Origin: Geosiphon pyriformis uo1
Lineage: Eukaryota; Fungi; Glomeromycota
Assembly (NCBI GenBank): GCA_016748015.1
Contig: JAAOMT010000742.1
Location: 183,623 to 190,269 of the forward strand
Direction: 5' to 3'
Length of the DNA: 6,647 nucleotides
Position numbers and translations under genes: made by a program. The notes under the pieces were generated by a model. It was not told where the DNA came from and ran no database searches. It worked only from the letters and a program-made list of their open reading frames with translations. Positions 1 to 6,647 of the stretch are shown here, one piece after another. Every line of letters begins with the position of its first letter. The stretch's first letter is position 1.

Positions 1-2
1 AG

Positions 3-64
3 TGTTGATAATATAAATAGATTAATATTTCTTTAATCAAGTAATAATAACATAAATTAGATAA
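3..64 (-). mobile_element. Probable distal end of the interrupted - strand LTR
   Basis: The reverse complement ends ...TATTATCAACA at position 3, like the ...AACA ends of the main LTRs; rejoined LTR would be ~340 bp. Confidence 0.45.
61..64 (+). other. Target-site duplication, left copy (ATAA); right copy ATGA at 6112-6115
   Basis: 4-bp flanks match 3/4; the mismatch is a G/A transition, the dominant mutation type here. Confidence 0.55.
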
Positions 65-107
65 TGTTATTCATAGAATATAGAAATTAAATATTAATAC
101 ATAAATT

Positions 108-117
108 AGCCAATCAG
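108..117 (+). promoter_or_regulatory. CCAAT box (NF-Y/HAP type) in LTR U3
   Basis: AGCCAATCAG, identical at 5266-5275 and on the - strand at 6343-6352. Confidence 0.7.
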
Positions 118-138
118 AATAAATGTAATAAATAAAAA

Positions 139-275
139 ATTCCAGGATTTTTCTCAAGAAGAATTGCAGGATTCCAGAAATTTCAGAATTCTTATGCAAA
201 GAATTGTAGGATTCCAGAATTCTAGAATTTTTTTTAAAAGGAATTACAGGATTCCAGGAATTTCAGAATTTCTGG
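139..275 (+). repeat. 40-bp tandem array built of GAATT/GGATTCCAG subunits in U3
   Basis: GAATTRYAGGATTCCAG starts at 161, 201, 241; counterparts at 5295, 5335, 5375. Confidence 0.85.
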
Positions 276-311
276 TGTGAAGAATTAAGAAATTGAGAAA
301 TCTTAATTATG

Positions 312-320
312 TATATATAG
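312..320 (+). promoter_or_regulatory. TATA box of LTR promoter
   Basis: TATATATAG, also at 5446-5454; equivalent (TA)n at 6235-6246 in the - strand LTR with conserved context (AATTAT...AGTATTA.AAGC). Confidence 0.6.
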
Positions 321-346
321 CAGTAGTATTAAAAGCTAGAAAATTA

Positions 347-412
347 GACTTCTAGAGTCAGTAGAACTCTCAGAGTCAGTAGGACTCTTAGAGTCAATTA
401 GATTTACAAGTC
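347..412 (+). repeat. 18-bp tandem array of palindromes GACTCTnAGAGTC
   Basis: Units at 347, 365, 383 and a variant at 401; the 3' LTR has one unit fewer and a perfect GACTTGCAAGTC palindrome at 5517-5528. Confidence 0.85.
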
Positions 413-997
413 ATAATAATTAGAATTCTTTAGTTAGACAACTCTTAGTTTAGATTTGATCTAAGCAATCTTCCATATCACAATTATTAATAAATAATTA
501 TTTACTATATTAATCCACTTTTCACTATTAATACTTTATGTTGATAATAATTGATACTTAATTACACTAGAACAATAGCTCTTAATCACAGCTATTGACA
601 AAATACTAACTTGCAATTGCTTTAGCTTATTTTTTTATTTTTTTTTATTTTTTTTGTTATTTTTTTGATTTGACTAATTGATTAGGATTAAGTACTGAAT
701 TACTAACATTAAAGATTGCCTAGTAAAAGACTCTTGTGAATAAGTAGAACATGTAAAAAATTACAGATTACTTACCAAAAGATTGTCAGCCATTAAGCTA
801 AAAAAAGAAATTGACAGAATTGCAATTCTGGGAAGTTACAGATAAACAATTATTAAATCTTTGTTCATTATACAAAGGACTCAACCAAATCTTCAGATAA
901 CAATACCTTCAGATTACCATCATCACAAATAGCTTTTGAGCACCAAATTATGGGTTTTGTTATTTGATTTGAGACCCAAATAATCATTAGTAACATT

Positions 998-1014
998 TAG
1001 TGCTCCCTGTGAAG
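998..1014 (+). promoter_or_regulatory. Primer-binding site (tRNA-Ile(UAU) or elongator tRNA-Met type)
   Basis: 2 nt after the LTR: TAGTGCTCCCTGTGAAG, i.e. TGGTGCTCC..GTGAGG with G>A changes; complementary to tRNA 3' ends of the form CCTCAC..GGAGCA-CCA. Confidence 0.75.
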
Positions 1015-1759
1015 TATAATCTTACAGAAAACTAGCACCAACAACAATCATTCAAAAGTGGCAAAATCAAAAATTATAAGAACAAACCATTTAAAATTTG
1101 CCAAATTCTTGTTTCAATAGTACAGTCAACAATTAAGATTAAACAACAACTATTTTCTAGCAGAATCAGCCTTTAACTTTTATGTCAACAATAAAATCAC
1201 AGACTGCTTAAAAAAAACAGTTAACATTGAATTCACAAGAAAAAATTTCTATACAAAATTGTTCTAATATACTAGCTTACCAAGAAACTACAATTTCATA
1301 CCAATTATCAGAGAAATCAATCAAACCATTGAAAAGTACACCCAACAACAATTTTCCATCACATACACAAACAAAAGCAAAAGAAAATTGCAAACACCAG
1401 TGGTAACACCCAAAAAGATACAACCATCCACTTGGAAGAAAACCAAAGTTGAATTACCAACCAATTTATCATACTATTATATACTGAGAAGTGCCATCAA
1501 TATTGTCTCAGCAGACGTGTTTACATCAAATGTGACATCAACTTTTGGGTAATTCCCATTTTAAAGTAAACAAAGAAGAGCAGAGTTATTAAAACCATAT
1601 GGCAAATATTTTAAAGAATTTAAATTGCGATTACCAACACTATTAAGATTTCAATCACCACTATCTCAACCAAATTTTGGAACTGTGAATTCATAGAAAG
1701 TAATAGAATCAAAAGAAGAGAAAGAAGAAGAAAGTAAGGATCAAGAATTTATTTACTAA

Positions 1760-1867
1760 AACCCAATTCTAAAAAACCCAGAAGTTGAAACTCCAAACAT
1801 TCAAACTCCAAAAAACCTGATTTTTAAAAGTTCAAAAATTGAAACTCTGAACATTTAAACCCAGCAA
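1760..1867 (+). repeat. In-frame 54-bp (18-aa) tandem duplication
   Basis: NPILKNPEVETPNIQTPK / NLIFKSSKIETLNI*TQQ. Confidence 0.8.
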
Positions 1868-2020
1868 ACTCAAAACAATTCAAACCCCAAAATAATTAAT
1901 CTGCAAAACTTACCTCCAGTAATTATCATCAATTAGCCACTAATTAAACTAATTATCAAACCAATTTAACAGCAGCTACTTTAGCAACCTATTTAACAAC
2001 AACTGCAACCATCACTATCA

Positions 2021-2041
2021 CAACAACAACAACAACAACAA
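2021..2041 (+). repeat. (CAA)7 microsatellite encoding poly-Gln just before the capsid
   Basis: Read directly; in frame +2. Confidence 0.9.
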
Positions 2042-2560
2042 ATAGCATATGCACCCATCACAAAGCTGAAAAAAATTTTTGGCGAAGAGGACAACACCCA
2101 AAAATGAATCAATGATGTCACTAAAGCCATTACCACCAATAACTGGAATGATACCAGAACAATACAAGTTATCTCATATTTCTTTAAAAATACTGCTAAC
2201 TTGTAGTATCATAGCTTAGTCCAAAAACCCCAAAACTTTGATGCATTTAAATTAAAACTCCTAAGATATTTTAGTGATAATAATAGCATTAACTGCCTGG
2301 CAAGTACTTTCATTACCATAAAGCAAGGGGACACAGAAACAGTCACTACTTACCTAGGACACTTCTACAGAAATCTGCATCAGATCCAAGCCATCAATGC
2401 CAATTATTTTATGGTAGTACAAATCTTGAATCAGTTCATTCATGGATTATGCAGCAGTATTCTACAACGTGTATGTCCAATGCATCCAGCCACTTTGCAA
2501 GATACAGTTACACATATCAGAGATTTTGAGACAGCTGAGTTAGAGGCCAATTATGCCCAA
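2042..2560 (+). pseudogene. gag: Retrotransposon Gag capsid domain
   Basis: IAYAPITKLKKIFGEEDNTQK*INDV...NNWND...IKQGDTETVTTYLGHF...LNQFIHGL...PATLQDTV matches the Ty3/gypsy capsid pattern (F.G..D...W; Q...E.V..Y...F; F..GL; P.TL..A). Confidence 0.88.
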
Positions 2561-2782
2561 GCTGTAAATTTAGTAATAAATGAATCATCTAACCTAGATT
2601 TCAAACTAAAACACTTCAGTGATTCAATCAATCAGAAAATCAAAGGATACTTAGCTAACAATAATTAGGCAATCTATTAATCTCTACAATGATGTAATAA
2701 TTAAGAAAATGCAAACTGTTTCCAAAATCAGCCATGTTTATCCTTATCATCCAATCAGCTGTGGCAGCCAGAGATGCGTGTT

Positions 2783-2824
2783 TGCCACAACTGTGGTAAA
2801 CAAGACCATATCTAAGCTAACTGC
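2783..2824 (+). pseudogene. Nucleocapsid CCHC zinc knuckle
   Basis: CHNCGKQDHI*ANC = CX2CX4HX4C in frame +2. Confidence 0.92.
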
Positions 2825-3421
2825 CATTTTTATAGTAACATATAATCAGAAAATCAATATAGAAACTTTGATTGCATACTTTAAACACCAAATTATTATG
2901 CAAATCAAGATCAATATCAACCTACTTATCTGTCAATAATGTAGCAGCCTATTTATCAACCAACTATATATCAACTCCCAATCTATCAACTACAGCCACA
3001 AGTAATCTATTAACTACTACAGTCACAAATAATTTATTAGACACTTGCAATTCAAACTTTACTATTAAACCCAGCTCAGATGACATTAGGAAACCCTAAA
3101 TCAAGAGTTATCCAAAATTGGAGATCAGCAATAGTTGTTCACCAACCAATTCCCAGATCTTCTATGTAACAATTAGGATTACAGTCTTGAAATTCAAGAA
3201 CTGAGTATGTGCAAAACCTGAATTTCCAACACTATTTAAGTCTTCTGATTACTTTAGAAGATGTCCAACCCAATAACCTAGAAACCAACCAACAATCAAC
3301 ACTTACCAGTAACATTTTACCAGCCACTGTTATAGAAGATGAGTCACTCACAGCTAGATTCCCCTTTGAAATTAACAAACCATCAAAAGTTTTTTTGTTT
3401 AGTGAAGCCGTTTTCAAAGAA

Positions 3422-3812
3422 AAACCCATCACTGCAATATACACTGATGCCAAAGTTGATGGCCACTTTATCAAACTAATCTTAAACAATGGATCAGCTG
3501 GCAGCATTATCACAAAATAACTTATAGATCAATTAGGTCACCAAGTTAATTGAACTGCCAGCATGTAAATTATCATGGCTGATGGAATAACCAAAACTCC
3601 AATCAGTGAGATTAATGACTTCCCTATAAAAGTCAATGGCATTATCATGCCAATCAAGATATTAGTCATGGAAGCCACTTAATACCAAGCACTTATTGGT
3701 AATAATTGGTTGTCCAAAACCAATGCAACACTTAATTGAAACATACAGGAGCTTCAACTTAGCCAGAACAGTTGACATATATGTATACCAATCATGTATG
3801 ACCACTTCAAAC
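3422..3812 (+). pseudogene. Retropepsin-type aspartic protease
   Basis: AKVDGHFIKLILNNGSAGSII (catalytic DSG changed to NNG by two G>A changes at 3485-3490), IIMADG flap, ALIGNNWL. Confidence 0.9.
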
Positions 3813-4144
3813 CAACCACTAAGTCATTTGCACCACTTATTGAATTCAAGAAAGAAGAAGCAAAACCTACTTGGGAAGCCTATCAAGTGTCATGGGCTGA
3901 TGACAACTACAATGAACTACTGTCAATACTTTCCTAAAATGATAATAGAAAAAAAAAACAAAAAAAAGAACTTATTTGGAATACCAACCAAATCTGAGGA
4001 ACTGACAATAACCCAGATGAATTATTAACTTGAAAGTGTGAAGAAACTGACAAGGGAAAGGGAAAAAAAAAAAAAGAAACAACATCCACCAGCACCACTA
4101 TTTATAACTTCTACACTTATATTACACCATAATGATCCATTTAT

Positions 4145-4790
4145 TGCCGACCAAAGCTCATATGCATTGATTGTAACAAGAAATTGTCATCAATGGGCAT
4201 ATGCTGTGATGATAATAAGAAATACCAGACAGCAACAAAATTTTATTACTGCCCATACATCCTAGAATGGTTTGGAAGACCAAAAAGGCAAGAAAAATGG
4301 AACAACAAATTTTGTCTAGCCTATAAAACAATCTTGTCTGACAAAAAAATATGGAATGACATTCTTGAGTGTGAAAAAACCTGCAATGAAACATACCAAT
4401 ATATGATCCTAATCAATGACTGGATATGCAAAAAAACTCCAATTGACAATGCATAGAAAAGAGCATTACAATAACTGGAAAAATATCTTCATAATAAACA
4501 TGAAATCTGGAGAATGACAAGTGCGAAAACAGAAGACACAACCACTAGTGAACTATTAAAAATTAAAAACAACTCCTTATCTTTTCCAGAACATGAATAC
4601 ATTCCAATATTTGACATATTTGGCAACATTGAAAATAATTCAAAAAAATTTCATGAACATTACCAGTGATTAGCATTCACTAAAGAAGAACAAAAACAGT
4701 ATTTAGAACAGCTGAATATTTACTTATGCAAACATTGTTTGATTCCTAATGACTTTAAGTATTGTAATGATTGTAATCTCATCTACAATC
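4145..4790 (+). pseudogene. Uncharacterised Cys-rich, putative Zn-binding region of the polyprotein
   Basis: CIDC-x9-CC (from 4163), several further Cys or Cys>Tyr positions, CKHC-x8-CNDC (4727-4774). Confidence 0.6.
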
Positions 4791-4876
4791 TACCACTATG
4801 CATGATCTACACAATTTCAGAGAAAAAAGAACCAATTAGCAGCTGCACATTAGGATCAGAATCGGAACTTAATCCC

Positions 4877-4975
4877 AATTCAACCTCTACTAATGACAAC
4901 AATAATTCAAACTCCACTAATGACAATAATAATTAAACTCTGCCAACAACAAATTCAAACTCCACTTCAAACACC
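4877..4975 (+). repeat. 27-bp tandem repeat encoding an Asn/Ser/Thr-rich linker
   Basis: AATTCAACCTCTACTAATGACAACAAT / AATTCAAACTCCACTAATGACAATAAT plus partial copies. Confidence 0.8.
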
Positions 4976-5050
4976 AAACAATATATTACACTTTTAAATA
5001 TTACAATGGAGCAGGAATTAACTCAATTCAGTAATAATAATAAGAGTATT

Positions 5051-5210
5051 ATGTATAAACATGTACATAATACAGATGCAAAATTTGAAATTAATATTCT
5101 GAACAGACCACTATAATTAAAAACCCCAGTCACATATAAAATTAGAAATTACTGCAACAATATTGATACAAAAGAGAGATTTAGAAGATTTCGCAGAAGC
5201 TCAATATTAA
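5051..5210 (+). pseudogene. dut: Internally deleted dUTPase remnant
   Basis: HNTDAKFEI resembles motif I (H..DAGFDL); LEITATILIQ resembles the pre-motif-II strand; RDLEDF resembles motif V (RG..GFG) after G>A changes; stop at 5208-5210. Confidence 0.65.
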
Positions 5211-5219
5211 AAAAAGGAA
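5209..5219 (+). promoter_or_regulatory. Polypurine tract
   Basis: AAAAAAAGGAA ending 3 nt before the TG of the 3' LTR; same arrangement in the - strand element. Confidence 0.8.
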
Positions 5220-5222
5220 TAA

Positions 5223-6111
5223 TGTTATTCATAGAATATAAGAATTAAATATTAGTACATAAATTAGCCAATCAGAATAAACATAATAAATAAGGAATTC
5301 TAGGATTCTAGGAATTTCAGGATTCTTATGCAAGGAATTGCAGAATTTCAGAATTCTAAGATTCTTCACAAAAAGAATTGCAGGATTCCAGGAATTTCAG
5401 AATTTCTGGTGTGAAGAATTAAGGAATTGAGGAATCTTAATTATGTATATATAGTAATAGTATTAAAAGCTAAAAAATTAGACTTCTAGAATCAATAGGA
5501 CTTTCAGAGTTAATTAGACTTGCAAGTCATAATTATTAGAATTTTTTAGTTAGAGAATTCTTAGTTTAGATTTGATTTAAGCAACCTTCCACATTACAAT
5601 TATCAATAAATAATTATTTACTATCTTAATTTACTTTCCATTATCAATACTTTATGTTGATAGTAATTGACACTTAACCATACTGGAATAATAGCTCTTA
5701 ATCACGGCTATTGACAGAATATTAACTTGTAATTGCTTTAGCTTATTTTTTTATTTTTTTTTATTTTTTTGTTATTTCTTTAATTTGACTAATTGATTAA
5801 GATTAAGTACTGAATTATTGACATCAAGGATTGCCTGATAAAAGTCTCTTGCAAGTAGGTAAAGCACATAAAGAATTATGGATTATTTACTAAAGGATTG
5901 CCAGCCATCAAGCAAAAGAAAAAAATTGACAGAATTGCAATTCTGAGAAGTTACAAATAAACAACTATTAAATCTTTGTCTATTATCTAAAGAACTTAAC
6001 CAAAACTTTCAGATAACAATACTTTTAGATTACTATTATCATGAATAGCTTCTGAGCACTAAGTTACAGGTTTTGTTATTTGATTTGAAACCCAAATAAT
6101 CATCAATAACA
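5223..6111 (+). repeat. 3' LTR (889 bp)
   Basis: Starts TGTTATTCAT, ends ATCAATAACA (9/10 terminal inverted repeat). It is 42 bp shorter than the 5' LTR, accounted for by ~24-bp and 18-bp repeat-unit indels. Confidence 0.95.
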
Positions 6112-6393
6112 ATGATAATTAGATATTTTATTAATATTAATGTAATTTTACTTCAAATTATAGAAAACTATCTTTTGAAAAGAAGAGTATTTTTTTTGAA
6201 CTTTTCTTTTTTTTTCTGCTTCTAATACTTTTGTTATATATATATAATTTATGTTATATGAGATTTTTTAAAATTTTTCAATTTCTTTAAAAAATTCTGA
6301 AATTCTGGAATTCTAAAATTTCTCCTTTTATTATGCCTATTTCTGATTGGCTATTTTACTTACTATTATAATTCCTAATTTTTATAAGTAGTA
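6112..6393 (-). mobile_element. U3-side part of the 3' LTR of an older related element, interrupted by the main element
   Basis: The reverse complement shows the same order as the main LTR start: decayed TG terminus, AGCCAATCAG, GAATTCCAGAATTTCAGAATT repeats, TATA box. Confidence 0.8.
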
Positions 6394-6396
6394 TTG

Positions 6397-6408
6397 TTCT
6401 TTTTTTTT
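6397..6408 (-). promoter_or_regulatory. Polypurine tract of the - strand element
   Basis: GAGCTCAATATT-AAAAAAAAAGAA-CAA, parallel to AAGCTCAATATT-AAAAAAAGGAA-TAA in the main element. Confidence 0.75.
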
Positions 6409-6647
6409 AATATTGAGCTCTGTTAAAACCCTGTAAATTTCTTAAATTTTCTTTTTAGATTAGCTCTATAACTTTTTTCTCAAAAATTATTTGGGCAATA
6501 TTGGTCTGCAATTTTTCAAATTAAATATTAACAATTTTTTCCAATTAATTGATAGTTACCATATTTATTGTTAAATATAACAATATTTTTAAACAGTCTT
6601 AAAACTCTGTTTGTAATTAATATATTGTTTATGTCTGTATGAATAGA
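6407..6647 (-). pseudogene. dut: C-terminal dUTPase remnant of the - strand element (runs off window)
   Basis: Translation NIAQIIFEKKVIELI*KENLRNLQGFNRAQY*: IAQIIF resembles motif IV and RNLQGFN resembles motif V. Confidence 0.65.

Larger units (their letters stand above)
65..995 (+). repeat. 5' LTR (931 bp)
   Basis: Starts TGTTATTCATAG, ends CATTAGTAACA; colinear with 5223-6111. About 88% identity in a hand-aligned 421-630 segment. Confidence 0.95.
1022..5210 (+). pseudogene. Degenerate single-frame polyprotein: N-terminal extension - Gag - protease - Cys-rich domain - dUTPase remnant
   Basis: Frame +2 stays protein-like from ~1022 to ~5113. Listed ORFs 2411, 3209, 4184 and 4739 are all in this frame. 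About 40 stops, many at apparent Gln/Trp/Arg codons. The last ~23 codons are in frame +3. Confidence 0.88.
65..6111 (+). mobile_element. Full-length non-autonomous Ty3/gypsy-like LTR retrotransposon (gag-protease-Cys-rich-dUTPase; no RT/RNaseH/IN), inactivated
   Basis: Two long direct repeats with TG...CA ends, PBS after the first, PPT before the second, Gag/CCHC/aspartic-protease motifs between them, flanks ATAA/ATGA. Confidence 0.93.

Noticed and set aside
55-63. AATTAGATA repeated at 6117-6125 as a 9-bp TSD
   Set aside because: It does not abut the LTR termini and is likely chance in AT-rich DNA; the 4-bp ATAA/ATGA fits better.
347-412. CRISPR-like palindromic repeats
   Set aside because: Spacers are only 5 nt and nearly identical, the array lies in both LTRs, and there are no cas genes.
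629-667. T-rich tract as an intrinsic terminator or retroposed poly(A) tail
   Set aside because: No GC hairpin or own TSD; present in both LTRs as an integral part.
2709-3099. Listed ORFs 2709-2939 and 2872-3099 as genes
   Set aside because: Off-frame shadows of the frame +2 polyprotein, which holds the CCHC knuckle.
3232-4394. Listed ORFs 3232-3513(-), 3696-4028, 4038-4265, 4158-4394(-)
   Set aside because: Antisense or alternative-frame overlaps of the protease and Cys-rich region; no motifs of their own.
1022-5113. Alternative genetic code (TAA/TAG = Gln) making the ORF intact
   Set aside because: All three stop types occur, also at Trp positions; the catalytic Asp is mutated; the LTR pair shows the same C>T/G>A decay.
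5105-5222. Frame +2 reading PVTYKIR...RSSILKKGI as an integrase GPY/F tail or dUTPase motif II
   Set aside because: Spacing is wrong for GPY/F and no integrase core is present. KKGI is simply the PPT. The +3 reading is the one paralleled in the - strand element. Not fully excluded.

Overview
Very AT-rich, CpG-depleted eukaryotic DNA, most likely fungal. From memory it resembles Glomeromycotina/Geosiphon-type repeats; this was not verified. Almost the whole window (65-6111, + strand) is one full-length but dead Ty3/gypsy-like LTR retroelement. Its parts are a 931-bp 5' LTR, a tRNA-type PBS, one ~1,360-codon frame (+2) broken by about 40 nonsense codons but no frameshift, a PPT, an 889-bp 3' LTR, and a probable 4-bp TSD. 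The frame reads: long unknown N-terminal region, Gag capsid, CCHC knuckle, aspartic protease, an unexplained multi-CxxC domain, then a shrunken dUTPase. There is no reverse transcriptase, RNase H or integrase. The element sits in inverted orientation inside the 3' LTR of an older related element (- strand, 6647 to about 3), whose ORF also ends in dUTPase motifs + 'AQY*' + PPT. This suggests a non-autonomous Gag-PR-Zn-dUTPase lineage rather than a one-off deletion. Four of the listed short ORFs are fragments of frame +2; the rest are shadow ORFs.
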